From Diplonema japonicum (taxonomy: Eukaryota; Protista; Euglenozoa: Diplonemea): 64,000 bases of DNA. The position numbers and the translations under genes were made by a program. The stretch lies in assembly GCA_964019335.1 (NCBI GenBank), contig OZ025707.1:186001-250000 (forward strand), written 5' to 3'. Positions 20,345-31,941 of this stretch are shown piece after piece. The stretch's first letter is position 1. Every line of letters begins with the position of its first letter. The notes below the pieces were generated by a model, which worked only from the letters and a program-made list of their open reading frames with translations, was not told where the DNA came from and ran no database searches.

Positions 20345-21529
20345 ATGATGAGGTGTGGTCTCCTCCTGGCTGCGGCCTGTGCGGTGAGCGGTCTGTCCCT
20401 GTCGCCCGCGACGGACAAGGTTGTGAAGGATGAGTTCATCTTGTTGCTGCACTCGAACATCACGGTGGCGGACCACGATGCGCTGAACGAGAGGGTGAAG
20501 GGGAGGAAGTTCTCTATCGGGAAGGGGTTTCGGGCGGTCCACGCGACTTTGAACGAGGAGTCCCTTGAGTGGGTGCTTGCTCAGGAGCACCTTGTGAAGA
20601 AGGTGGAGCACAACCAGGTGGTGCGCCTCGTGCAGGAGACCTGCAACGCGCAGCAGAGGGACGCGTCGTGGGGTCAGGCGAGGACCACGAACGCTGGGCC
20701 GCAGAACGTTGTGAACACCTTCGCGCACAACCCTGACTGGGGCAAGGACATCGACATCTACATTGTTGACACCGGTATCAGGTGCACCCACGTTGACTTC
20801 AAGGACACCGAGGGGGAGAGCAGGTGCTTGTGGGGGGCGAACACCGCTGGCGGCAGCAACACCGATGTGAACGGACACGGGACCCACTGCGCCTCGACAT
20901 CGGGCGGGATCCGCTACGGTATCGCAAAGGCCTCGACGCTGATCGCCGTGAAGGTGCTCGGGGACAACGGTTCCGGGACAACGGCTGGTGTGATCGCCGG
21001 TGTGCAGTTCGTGGCGGACAACGCCGCCACAAGGAAGAAGAAGTCTGTTGCGAACATGTCGCTGGGAGGTGGCTTCAGCACGGCGTCGAACAACGCTGTC
21101 GACGCTGCTGTTGGCACCGGTGTTTCCTTCGCTGTGGCAGCCGGGAACGACAACGCTGACGCGAGGAACTACAGCCCCGCCAGTGCCAAGGACTGCGTCA
21201 CCGTCGGCTCCACCGAGCTCGCCAACTCGGGCGGCACCCAGGTGGACGCACGCTCCAGCTTCTCCAACTACGGCAGCACCCTCGACATCTTCGCACCCGG
21301 CTCCAACATTGTGGCCGCGTACTCCACCTCCGACACCGCCTACGCCACCCTCTCCGGTACCTCCATGGCCTCCCCTCACGTTGCTGGTGCCATGGCTCTC
21401 TACGCCCAGACAAACAGCCCCGCTGAGGTCAAGAAGCTCCTCAACGACAACGCCGAGACTGGTATCCTTCAGATCGGGACTGGGTCCCCGAACAAGATGC
21501 TTCACGTTCCTTGCATTAGCACCCGTTAA
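20345..21529 (+). CDS. Subtilisin-like serine protease, copy 3
   Basis: Translation identical to copies 1-2; 3' flank diverges just after the stop. Confidence 0.96.
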   Translation: MMRCGLLLAAACAVSGLSLSPATDKVVKDEFILLLHSNITVADHDALNERVKGRKFSIGKGFRAVHATLNEESLEWVLAQEHLVKKVEHNQVVRLVQETCNAQQRDASWGQARTTNAGPQNVVNTFAHNPDWGKDIDIYIVDTGIRCTHVDFKDTEGESRCLWGANTAGGSNTDVNGHGTHCASTSGGIRYGIAKASTLIAVKVLGDNGSGTTAGVIAGVQFVADNAATRKKKSVANMSLGGGFSTASNNAVDAAVGTGVSFAVAAGNDNADARNYSPASAKDCVTVGSTELANSGGTQVDARSSFSNYGSTLDIFAPGSNIVAAYSTSDTAYATLSGTSMASPHVAGAMALYAQTNSPAEVKKLLNDNAETGILQIGTGSPNKMLHVPCISTR

Positions 21530-21632
21530 ACTCGGGATTCGCTGATCTTTGCATACTCTCTTCCCCTCCCCCTGAATGTGTAAACTAAAAAGAAAACGTG
21601 TGGCGTTCCCTTACTTGTGTTTATTTATTTAT

Positions 21633-22248
21633 GAGAAAACTGCTAACTTGACCCCTAAGTTTGAGAAATGTCAAAAAGCCACCCCCTTAGTTTGAGAAAT
21701 GTTCAAGGTCTATCTTTAAAGAGGAAAATGTTTCTGATCCAGTCCCCAGTCTAGGTCTTCAGGGAGGCAGGCATTGGACTTTCCTCTGCTAGGAGGGCTA
21801 GGGAGACTCTTTTCGGATCAGCATCCAGTGCCTATGTGAAGCTCTCCCCATACTTCGATGACCTGAAGGCAATCAACCCTGGCACCTTTTTTGACATCGA
21901 GAGGGACTCAGGGTCGCGCTTCAAGTGCTGTTTTTTTTTGCCTTCGCCCCCTCAGTCAACGGTTTCACTTATGTGAAGCCCATAATTTCGATGGAACACA
22001 CCTGGGTGACTTTGGGGGGGGGTTCTGCTTCAAAAGGTGTAGGGAGGAATAAGAAGAGGATCCCCAGCAAGAGCGAAAGGAAGAATGCCTGCAGTCGTTG
22101 TGGCATTCTTGGCCACAAAAGACTTCGATGTGCACCAACCCTCTTGAGCGTTTTGAAGACTTAGGGGGTGGACTTTGAGCATTTTGGAAACTTAGGGGTC
22201 GGAATTTAAGCATTTCGAAAACTTAGGGGTCAAGTTAGGACTCTACCC
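21633..22248 (+). mobile_element. Non-autonomous, internally deleted Mutator-like (MULE) DNA transposon
   Basis: Imperfect TIRs sharing CTAACTTGACCCCTAAGTTT / AAACTTAGGGGTCAAGTTAG with subterminal repeats; flanked by TTTATTTAT on both sides; frameshifted relics YFDDLKAINPG...FAFAPSVNGF...KPIIS-DGTHL and GRNKKRI...CSRCGILGHKRLRC; interrupts sequence homologous to 3420-3605. Confidence 0.85.
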
Positions 22249-22391
22249 TTTTATTTATTTGAAGGAAAGAACAAAAAACGAACTTGAACTCCTGGTTTTT
22301 TGTTGAATCTTTGCACACAACAACAGAAGAGGGCATCCAAGTGTGAACGTGATACTTTTTTTTTCCCCGTTATTAGAAGAAAAAAAACGCC

Positions 22392-22438
<47 letters not shown>

Positions 22439-22488
22439 TCAAATAATTTTCTTTCTTTCTTCTTTTTGCCACAGTATTTTTCTCTCTC

Positions 22489-22522
<34 letters not shown>

Positions 22523-22571
22523 CTGTTATTCTTCTAAACTAACTTAACACCCACTCACTCACCTTCAGGTT

Positions 22572-22964
22572 ATGGGGACGAGCCAAAGCGCGGAAAGGGT
22601 GCACTGGGTGAATGACAAAGATAGACACAACTGCGCGAACTGCAATGCAAGATTTTCGCTTTCGAGGAGAAGGCACCACTGTAGAATGTGTGGAGATGTG
22701 TATTGTTCTGAGTGTTGTTTAACTTGCCAAGAGGGGGCCACGCGACACTGTGAGGGGTGCATGCGCAAGGTAAAGGCACAGCTTCGAAACCGGATTTCAC
22801 CTCTTGTCCTGCCCCACCCGACACCGAAGACCCCTGCTCCCAAATTCTCGTTAGATGCACCATGCTCCTCTCCATCCCCCCTTAGTGACGCGTATCAAGC
22901 CTCATCGAATCCTTCATTTATGAATCTATCACCAGACTGGCTACTGGAGAGCGACACAGAATGA
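22572..22964 (+). CDS. Small FYVE zinc-finger protein
   Basis: WVND...CANC...FSLSRRRHHCRMCGDVYCSEC...CEGC, the FYVE PI3P-binding signature. Confidence 0.85.
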   Translation: MGTSQSAERVHWVNDKDRHNCANCNARFSLSRRRHHCRMCGDVYCSECCLTCQEGATRHCEGCMRKVKAQLRNRISPLVLPHPTPKTPAPKFSLDAPCSSPSPLSDAYQASSNPSFMNLSPDWLLESDTE

Positions 22965-23771
22965 TTTTTTGCTGAAATTTTTTAGATTTTTTTTAAACGT
23001 TGCAAGTGTGTTTTGTTTTAATTTCCCCCCCCCACCGTTATGTCTCTCTCAAGTATTCCGCCTTTTTTTTTTTTTTTTTCTTTTTCCCCGCAGGGAAAGA
23101 AGGAAAAAAAAAAAAAAAAGAAAAAGATTAAGTTCTGACCGGACACTTATTTATTTTCTCTCTCTTTTAGAGACATGTAATTAAACGAACGAAAAAAAAA
23201 AAAAAAAAAAAGAAAAAATAAGAAAAAAATGAGTAAAATTATACATCTCTAATGAAGGGTAGAGAGAGCAATGATATAAGGTAATAAAAAGTATCCCAAA
23301 ATTGCATTCCTCTTTTTTTTTTTTTTAATTATTTTTTTTTTTCTCATTTTGCTCCACGTGTTGCTGAAGGGAAAAAAAAAAAATAATTCTTTATTCTTCT
23401 TCTCCTACCTGTCTGAGCACACTGCTCCAGACAATTCAAAGCAGAATAGGTGCAGCCTTATGTTCATTCCCTTTTGCCCTCCCTCTCCCCCCCCCCCTTT
23501 TTTTTCTTTTCTCTTCGAACTTCCTGTGTGCAGTGGTTTATATTTTTAAAAAAAAAACCCCCTTCTCTCTCTCACCCATAGCCGTACATATTTAAAAACC
23601 TTTTTTTTTTTTTTTTTGCTCTCCTCTCCTGGACTCACTCGTTGCCAGGTAGTTACGAGGAGGAAGAGGAATCGACGTTCCTGGCAGCGTTGCGTAGGGC
23701 TCAAGAAGACCCTTTCAAGTCAATTATGAAAAAAAGAAATTAATAAGTAGCATTCCTTTTTTTTTTTGGAT

Positions 23772-23823
23772 AGGTGCAGGTAGAGCATGAGAACAAGGGG
23801 GCGTCTCACAAGACTTCCTTTAA

Positions 23824-23830
<7 letters not shown>
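23772..23830. repeat. ~55-bp dispersed repeat (second copy ~24935-24995)
   Basis: TGCAGGTAGAG(C/G)ATGAGAACAAGGGGGC(G/A)TCTCAC...CTTCCTTTAA in both places. Confidence 0.7.
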
Positions 23831-23887
<57 letters not shown>

Positions 23888-24077
23888 GTGGAGACTATTC
23901 GTCAGCAGCGCAGTTGCAAGCCGCGGCAAACAAAGAAAAAAGAAGAAAGAAAAAAAAAAAATAATAATAATAATCAAAGAGCCCGCATTAGTGCTAACGA
24001 CACAAGCGCCTGAATAGTTTTTTTTTTTTTTTTTTTTTTTTTATTTTCTAACGCTCCGCCTTTTGTTCTTTTTTATA

Positions 24078-24360
24078 GGTGGGGATAACATGGAAATAGA
24101 AGTACATCAGATGTGTTGTTCGCTGTTGACCTCCTCGTCGGTCATCACCGGTAGCGCCCGAGTGGAAGAACGTAACGCAGATGCTCAGGGTGACGAACAG
24201 GCAGCAAACTGCACGAGCGCAGAATCGCGCAGAATCTTGGTTACCCGGGACGCCCCGGCTAGGGTTGAGCACACCGCACGCATTAAGGACACGACGCGGA
24301 ACGCAGAAGAAGCTACTGCTCGGCCGAGAGGAGCGCCCCCTGTAATCAAGTAGGTAGTTC
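24078..24360 (-). mobile_element. ~280-bp SINE-like / LINE-3'-end interspersed repeat, copy A
   Basis: Highly similar to 31942-32220; both have a T-tract at their left end, i.e. a poly(A) tail on the minus strand. Confidence 0.65.
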
Positions 24361-26009
24361 GTGCTTCATTGCACGCTTAACGCCACCTAGTGTTGCAATC
24401 AAAGCCCCATTTTTTTTTTTCTTCTTTGACTCTTATTATCACATTTTTTCTCTTTTTTTTTGGGGGTGTGTGTGTTACGAACGAAAAAAAAAAAAAAGAA
24501 AAACACTCCCTCCCCTTCTCCCCTTCTGGAAGAGGAAAAAAAAAGATTTTTTTTCATCTTTTTTTTTTCTTCGTCGCAGAGGCGTGGAGATGGAAAGTTG
24601 GGAATGGATGCTAGACTATTTGTAAGAATCGCAATTAGCCGTTATATATACAGGGAAGGGGGGGGTGGTTAACAAGCTCCGTGGCAACTTTAAAACCCCG
24701 CTTATGTGGGAAGAACAAAAACAAGGGGGGGGACCCCCAAAAACTTAACTCTCCACTAGCCGGACCAACGGTCTGGCCTTGTTGAGAACACAGTTGCTTC
24801 TTCTTCTTTTTTTTTTTTTAATGCAGGACAACAGGTCCATTTGTGTGCTTTTTTTTTTCTTCTTCTGGTTTTTTTTTTTTTTTTAGCATAGCTGTTTTTT
24901 TTCTTTGGAAGGAGAAACCGCTGCTGAAAGGGGATAGATGCAGGTAGAGGATGAGAACAAGGGGGCATCTCACGAAGGCTTCCTTTAATTTAAATATTTT
25001 TTGTCCCCACCCACCCCCCCCCAATAATTTGATTTTTATAAACGAATGAATTTTAAAGAAAAACGCTACTTTGTTTGTTGTAATTTAATTTTTTTTTCAA
25101 AAAAAAAAACTTTTAAAACAAGGAATGTTGTGGCTATTTCTTTAAGATCCCCCATAGAATTTTCTACACCGTTGTCCCTGTTGATATCCATCCTATCAGG
25201 AAACTTTTTTTTCAAGAAATGGAAATAGAATGGGGAGAGGAGATACTGAAAGAGAGAAAGACGGGCTCTCCCCACCCCTACTTCCTCCTGAAGCGATCTG
25301 AACAAAAAAACAAAAAAAAAAAAAAAAAAAAAAACAAACAAACTAAATTTCCTTTTTCCTACTTCACATGTAGGCAAGGGTTTTTTTTTTTTTTTTTTTT
25401 TTCTTTTTTTTTTTTTTTGCTTTAACTATTGTCTTTGCTTTAAAAAAAAAAAAAAAAAAAAAAAAGAGTAGTGACAACCGGCGACTCTCTTTTTTTTTAT
25501 TTTTTTTTTATTTCCTTCTTATGCATGTGCACGTTTCTTTGTTTGAATTAAAGATAAAAAGGGTGTGGCGGGGCGGGGGAGAACTATTCCAGGGGCGGCT
25601 TTGTTGGGCCTGCCTGTACAATAGTTTGCCTCGTTTTTTTTTTTTCTCCCCTTTTTTTTCTTCTATCAACGAACTATATGGGGTCGGCCATCTCTCACTC
25701 CCCCCATCCTTTTTTTTTGCCACCTATACTAACCAAGGTCGGGAAGTATGGTGAAAAACATGGTCGCAAAAAGTAGTTTAAAAAAAAAACCCCCCCTTTT
25801 TTACGCAACGTATGTAAACACTTTATGTGTGTTAAAAAAAAAAGAAGAAGAAGAGGCACTAACTTTTGCCAGCTCCCAGCATATAAAGAGGTAAGGAAAG
25901 AAGTACCGTGGGTAGTACCGGTAAAGTAAAGAAAAAGGGGGGAAGGGAAAGCCCCTCTCCTCCTTTTTCTTTTTCTCCTTTTTTACACAATTCATATGGT
26001 CAGAAAATT

Positions 26010-26077
<68 letters not shown>

Positions 26078-26319
26078 CTTCTTGCAAGGCAATTCAAGTC
26101 AGTTGCTTGTACGCCAGGCGGTTTATAAGCAACCAAAGTCATTCTTCCTTTTTTTTTTTTTTTTTTTTTTTTTTTGCAAGAAACGGGTCTTCGGCTTCGT
26201 CAAACAAAAAGGGGAACGTTGGCAACGTGTTTCGGGGGGTTTTTTTTACAAACTTCTTTAGGTTTTTTACCCGGGCACGTACAAACAACAGTCAGTTCCA
26301 CTTTTTTTTTTTTGCTCCT

Positions 26320-27634
26320 CCAGCGCCCTGCTGGGAATTACCCATAAGGGACACACCCTGGACCCGTACTCTACTGCGATCTACAAGGCCATCTCTACTC
26401 TGGGACGACTTTGCACACGACATTCGAACAAGTCCCTTTTCATATCATGCTGGGAAGCGTACAGGAGAGCAAGGGATCAAGGCTCTCCATCATTTCCGAT
26501 GGGACCATTGCCAATGCAGACCTATGGCTCCGAGAAATAGGGTCAAGGTGGAAGGACTTCCAGCGAAGATACTACCGCAAGGCAAACAGCTCCTGAAACA
26601 CGAGATCAGGACGCTGCTGAAAGCCAAACTACGTGAGGATCTGGCCGAAGAGCGAGACACCTACCAGGGGGTCGAAACAGGCATTGACGAGGAGAAAACG
26701 AACTTCCTCCACAACGAGGTGACGACCACCAACCCACAGAAAGCAAGGAGGATACTTTGTGCCATTGCGGGCGCGATGCTTCCCCTACACCCCAGAGCTT
26801 ACGGCGACATGAACGGCTCACATACGAAATGCCTGGGGTGTGGCACACCATATAACATTGGGAACGGGACCAGCTCCCTACTACAACATACGATCTGGCA
26901 ATGCCCAGCGCACGCCGACTGCAGAACGACCAACACTGACCGCATTCGGCTGGTGCAAGACCACGTCAGCTGGCCAAGCTGCGCCCGACTACACGGCATT
27001 ATTACCTCTGATATGGACATAAGCCTGACAAGTGTCAAGGAACTACACCTGATGTTTGCGGAAATTGCGGGGAAACTCGAGAGCCTGCACCGAGAAGCAG
27101 GTCAGATACGACAATCTGCACTTCTGGAAAAGACCATTCCAACCGGGAAACCTATTAGAACCGAAACCCCTCATTTGGTATCACAAGCACGGGCTGGGGA
27201 AGAAGTACTTCCCGGGGCTGATCCCGTTTGTCCTCAAATGGCTGAGTGCCCTGAAATGGGGCAAGGATGGAGGGCAAGTGTCCAAGGCGGAGCTTGCTGT
27301 CGACTTCATAGCAACGGAGAGAATCCACATGGGTGGTGAAGACCTGGCATGCTGGGCTAGGAAAATCGGAAGAATCCTCAACGTCCTGGACAGGGCACAC
27401 AGAACAGGAACGGGGAATCACCTGATTCCAGCAGAAACTAAGAAGTCAGTACACTCACTGCGTACCCTGGGGCTCCACAGCCATTCCATCATTGGATACT
27501 CCACTCGTCCGGTCTTCGCGTCCCCGAAGAACCCACCCGATCCTAGAGGAGCAACTGCGAACGCATTGCATCCTCAACAACTCGCTAGTCGGTTTCACGC
27601 CCAAGCTGCTGATGAGATACTACGACGGGCCTAA
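26320..27634 (+). mobile_element. Degenerate 3' fragment of a second, related non-LTR retrotransposon family
   Basis: Two frameshifted ORF parts align by eye with the post-RT half of the 5175 ORF: TYQGVETGID vs EYAGIEGGVD; CLGC..HTIWQC; WPSCARLHGI vs WPSCLRTLGV; WLSALKW..QVSKAELAVDF vs WLSMLEW..QISSVELAIDY; GYSTRPVF vs GYRRRPRF. Confidence 0.8.
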
Positions 27635-27996
27635 GGCACTACCACGACAGAAGGGATCAAACACTAGATGAGTTGATTGTCGTTAGGCGATCCTGTCACA
27701 TACTGCAGGTTCCCTTCAAAGACATCTTTTTTTTGCCAAATTTTCAACCTCCCCCCCCCCCCCCCCCCCCCCGTACATTTCTTTTTTATAAAAAAAATCA
27801 CTTTCTTTTTTGACCATTCTTTTATTATTATTATTATTATTCCAAGCAAAAAAAAAAAAAAAAAATCAGGTATTTTTATGTCCCCCCTCTCCCCGTTCTT
27901 CTATTTTTTTTTATTGTTGTTCCTTCTATTATTTTTTTTTTTTATATTGCGTCTTCCCACCAAAAAAAAAAAAAAACTCAAAAAAAAAAAAAAAGA

Positions 27997-30900
27997 ATGA
28001 GCTTACACATAAACAACGGTGATCAGCAAGATGAAGAAGTCAGGTATTCCGAATCAGATCCAAGCGATGACACGCTGTCCGAGGGAACAGCCAGCAAGCT
28101 CTCACGGTACCCCACAGATGGTGCGGGTGGAACGAAAAGCCCGCTTCCAGAAGATGACATTCGAACTCTAGAAGACCCAACGCTGGGATCTCTTCATGAA
28201 ACAGTTTACACCGCTCGGCCTAGATACGCAAGAAGTGCTATTTCACAATCTGAAGCTGACTTCGCTGACGTTGTGTACGACAAGACCCGCAGGGAAAAGG
28301 TAAACGACATAATGCAGAGCAAACCGGTAGCGCTTTTTTTCATGGGGCTAATTATCGCGTCGACCCTGGCATTTCTCCTGGAAACGGTACCTGAGCTGTC
28401 TTCGGACCCGGACTACGGCAATCCGGACATGGAATGTTTCTGGTTCTGCTTGGAAACGACATTCATCGTTTTCTTCACACTGGAATACGCTGTACGATGG
28501 GCCAGTGCAAATTACCCGTTATCGTTCCCGTTCGAGGTTTTTAACATTGTGGATTTGGTGGCGATTCTTCCTTATTACGTTGAAATTCTTGCAAAAGACA
28601 GTATCGATCCGTGTGGGGCCAGCACTGTGAAAACAGCTGACAATGAAGGGAATGTTGTTGATTTGAGATTCATCAGAGTAATCCGCCTCGCGAGAGTGTT
28701 CCGCGTGTTGAAGCTATCCCGTCGAACCTCCGCCACCACCGTTTTGGTCCAGACGTTTCAAAACTCCATCGATGCGTTAATGGTCCCGTTTTTCTTCCTA
28801 CTTCTCGGGATGGTCGTTTTCGCCTCATTAATATACCTCGCGGAACAAGGGGATTACGACCCCGATGACAGAATGTACTATGTCACAGATTCTCAAGGAC
28901 ACCGTGTCACGACTTTTTTTGTTTCAATTCCGGATGCGTTGTGGTGGGCATTAGTGACAATGTCTACTGTTGGATACGGTGATATGTATCCTCGTACCGC
29001 AGCCGGAAAAGCGATAAATAGTTTCGCAATGATATTTGGAATTCTTTTCTTCGCAATGCCTATTGCAATTGTTGGGAACGAGTTCACCAAAGCCTGGGAG
29101 GAGAAAAAAAAACGCGACATCGAAGCTGGCAACAGACAGCAAGCTATTATTTCCGACGCTGAAAAATCAAAGCTTGAAGCGAACACTGCCGCGTGGGGTG
29201 AGAAAGAACTGAAACACTTCAGAATATACTTTGACGAGAGCAATATAACCCTTGAAGATTTCATGGGTGTTCCGAAGAATGAACGGCATATTGAGGGAAC
29301 GCGTGTTAGAAAGAAGATCCGACCTTCGAAAGACCTGATCCCCGAGCATTTCAACTGGGGTCTGTTCGGAAAGGAACCCAACGCCAAGAAAATTGCGTTG
29401 CAGCTCGGCACCTCCGATTTTTTTTTAAACGCACCGGAATCGCCGAAATTCACCGGAGAGTACCGACGGTTGAGCAAGACGAAGGCTATCTGGGAGAAAA
29501 AAGAACAAAACGCTTGTTTTTTACTAGAATCGAAAGAAGGGCATTGGGTCGTCCATGAACATCCGAACACCGGTACATACCTGCAAAGCGAGAAGCGTCA
29601 CGGCGGCTCGCTACCAAGTTTGAAAACCCAATGGATGCTTGTCGACACCAGAGCGAAACGGAAATCCAACGCAAAACTCGCAGGCGAACGACGAGACCTC
29701 GTTATAAAAAAACAAAAGGACACCCACATCGACAACATAGAATTTCGCGACACCGACGACGGTGTCATCCTCGTCGCCGCCGACACCGACCTCGCAAAGG
29801 GCTTCATAGGCCGAAAAGTTCTAAGCTACAACACAGTAACAGATCTACTAGAAGGAACTTACACACTCACCTTCGCAGTCTTACTATTTGCTCCAAGATT
29901 CGTCGCCGATACCAGCTTGCTGGACCTTGCGAATAAGGTGTTTCACATCTTCAGAACGCAACGGCAACAAGGCGCTGTCTCAGAGAAGAACACGCAAATG
30001 TACAGCAAAGATTTCGTCGTTCAATTGTACCACCACCTCGGGTACGCCAGGCTCCCCACCGGGTTTCGAAGCAAAGCGGGGCTTAAAATAGTCTGCGGGA
30101 GCGAGACCCAAGGCGGGGCGGATTTTATATTTTCATCCGATTCTGATCTAGGTGTGTTTGGGTTAGGTCCGGGATCTGTGGTGCCGGTGTACTGCATGGC
30201 GAACCAGGCGAAGAACATGAACGATCCGGAAAGAAAAGGATCCATCGGAGGGGAACTCCTTGCTTTGGCGCAGAACTTTTATCTAAACGCGGATCGGAGC
30301 AGATCACAGCGAGTCTTTCTGGCTACATATCGCGGGACAGATGTCCGGTTTTATTCCGCGTTTTTTCCAGCAGAATATTTAGATGCTATGACACAAGGCC
30401 AACACAAAGATCAGCTCGATCCTATCGCTGTTCTAACATATCCCAACAGAGGCGACGGCGGTGGTGTACCTGGGTACCCCGACACTATAAGAACCCGTAA
30501 CGATTCAAACGAAACCACATTGAGATTCGCCGCGGGGACACATCTCGAACTCGACGCGATGGATAATCCTTTAAGATTGTTAAGCATTGATCCGATCACG
30601 CAGAGCGGAACTGGTTTGAAACCAGGTATGCGAATTCATGAACTGAACGGAGTTCCAGTCCATACTGTAAGTATGCTTGGTGTTGAACTTGCCAAGGCAG
30701 CAGAGAACAATGTGGATATTAAGTTGAAGGTGAGCGTGGAGCACGATGCGTTGGATTTTCTGAACCCGTCAGAGAGGGTGGCCATCACCACCGTACTTCA
30801 AAGGATACGGTTGAACATCATAAAATATCTGCAGGAGGATCTTGATGAAAATCTCGCATTTGCACCAATATCCTCACCTAGAATCCGGGACATGGTGTCG

Positions 30901-31254
30901 ATGGCTTCTTGCAGTATGACGTCCCGTCATCTCTCAGCGTTGTTTGAACGGCAGGAGTCCTCTCGGATGTCTGAGCAAGGTCCTTCTTCAGCGAGAAGCG
31001 GTGCTGTTAAACGAAGTGCGTTTCAGAGCAAACTGCGGCCGATGGAGCCGGGTATTGAGATGAAGACAGTTGTGCGGCCGCAAACACCGTTGGTCAGACC
31101 TGCAACACCGTTGGCCGCCCCCGCCACACCCGGGCCTGCGGTGCATTATGACCCTTCGTTGGTGTCACTGTCGTCCTTTCCGAGGTCGCCTTCTTCGATT
31201 CAAAGCGAGTACCGGGAAGATAAGGAGGAGGACGGAGGCTTGTCGTTTCAATGA
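27997..31254 (+). CDS. Voltage-gated potassium channel (Kv/Shaker-like 6TM core, no T1 domain) with long C-terminal extension
   Basis: FNIVDLVAILPYY (S3), RFIRVIRLARVFRVLKLSR (S4), SIPDALWWALVTMSTVGYGDMYP (pore), AMPIAIVGNEF (S6); PDZ-like GLKPGMRIHELNGVPV late in the tail. Confidence 0.93.
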   Translation: MSLHINNGDQQDEEVRYSESDPSDDTLSEGTASKLSRYPTDGAGGTKSPLPEDDIRTLEDPTLGSLHETVYTARPRYARSAISQSEADFADVVYDKTRREKVNDIMQSKPVALFFMGLIIASTLAFLLETVPELSSDPDYGNPDMECFWFCLETTFIVFFTLEYAVRWASANYPLSFPFEVFNIVDLVAILPYYVEILAKDSIDPCGASTVKTADNEGNVVDLRFIRVIRLARVFRVLKLSRRTSATTVLVQTFQNSIDALMVPFFFLLLGMVVFASLIYLAEQGDYDPDDRMYYVTDSQGHRVTTFFVSIPDALWWALVTMSTVGYGDMYPRTAAGKAINSFAMIFGILFFAMPIAIVGNEFTKAWEEKKKRDIEAGNRQQAIISDAEKSKLEANTAAWGEKELKHFRIYFDESNITLEDFMGVPKNERHIEGTRVRKKIRPSKDLIPEHFNWGLFGKEPNAKKIALQLGTSDFFLNAPESPKFTGEYRRLSKTKAIWEKKEQNACFLLESKEGHWVVHEHPNTGTYLQSEKRHGGSLPSLKTQWMLVDTRAKRKSNAKLAGERRDLVIKKQKDTHIDNIEFRDTDDGVILVAADTDLAKGFIGRKVLSYNTVTDLLEGTYTLTFAVLLFAPRFVADTSLLDLANKVFHIFRTQRQQGAVSEKNTQMYSKDFVVQLYHHLGYARLPTGFRSKAGLKIVCGSETQGGADFIFSSDSDLGVFGLGPGSVVPVYCMANQAKNMNDPERKGSIGGELLALAQNFYLNADRSRSQRVFLATYRGTDVRFYSAFFPAEYLDAMTQGQHKDQLDPIAVLTYPNRGDGGGVPGYPDTIRTRNDSNETTLRFAAGTHLELDAMDNPLRLLSIDPITQSGTGLKPGMRIHELNGVPVHTVSMLGVELAKAAENNVDIKLKVSVEHDALDFLNPSERVAITTVLQRIRLNIIKYLQEDLDENLAFAPISSPRIRDMVSMASCSMTSRHLSALFERQESSRMSEQGPSSARSGAVKRSAFQSKLRPMEPGIEMKTVVRPQTPLVRPATPLAAPATPGPAVHYDPSLVSLSSFPRSPSSIQSEYREDKEEDGGLSFQ

Positions 31255-31734
31255 TTTTTTTTTTTTTTTTTTTTTTTTATAGGGGAAAAAAAAAGGGGGG
31301 GGTGTATTTTTTTTTTTTCTCCCATCGTTATGAAAATATGAATTTTTTTTTTCCCCTTGCTGTGTTGATTTTTGTTGTTATGAAATAATTAAAGGGTGGG
31401 GGGATGATGATGATGGTGATGAAAGAAACCAAGAGAAAAAAAAAAGAAGAAAAAAAAGAAAGAAAAACCTAGCTGCCTCATTTTTTTTTTTTAAATTTTT
31501 CTTTCTTATCGCACCTTACGACTTCAAAAAAAACAGAGGAGGGGATATGTTATATGACTCTTTATCATCAACAACAACAACAAAGAAAAAAAAAAGAAGA
31601 AGAAGAAAGACGAAAGGAGAGGGCGGAAGAAGGAGGGGGAGGGGAAAAAAAAAAGAAAGCTCGGGGAAAAAAAAAGAGTTCTCCCTGAATTCTCCTTTTT
31701 TTTGACGATTTTTTTCTTTTGCCCTTTTTTTTTT

Positions 31735-31900
31735 GGGCTCACAGAGAACGTATTCAGAAGTGCACAGCAAAGAGTGGGAAGAATGGTTTCCCTGCCAACG
31801 CAAGGACAAGGGTACACACCCTTCGACATCTTGGGGACCCGACGACACGGCCACCATGAATTTCTCCTGAACGGTGAGCACCTACCGGGCACACCGAAAT
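31735..31900 (+). mobile_element. Possible short retrotransposon relic
   Basis: VFRSAQQRVGRMVSLP weakly resembles RVRAATRRVANLGGVP of the RT ORF; GC-richer island among homopolymers. Confidence 0.3.
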
Positions 31901-31941
31901 TTATCCTTTTCTTTTTTTTTTTTTTTTTTTTTTTTTAAGGT

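Larger units (their letters stand above)
596..21529 (+). repeat. Tandem segmental duplication, ~9,131-bp unit, ~2.3 copies (subtilisin + retro-interrupted ankyrin gene)
   Basis: Identical ORFs recur at offsets 9131-9132 (2082/11214/20345; 3833/12964; 5175/14306); differences seen are mostly homopolymer lengths and a few substitutions in copy 1 flank. Confidence 0.97.

Noticed and set aside
25996-26320. Poly-Phe N-terminus of the 447-aa ORF, and other poly-K/poly-F ORFs in 22300-35700
   Set aside because: Translations of homopolymer tracts; only the part after ~26320 is retroelement-derived.
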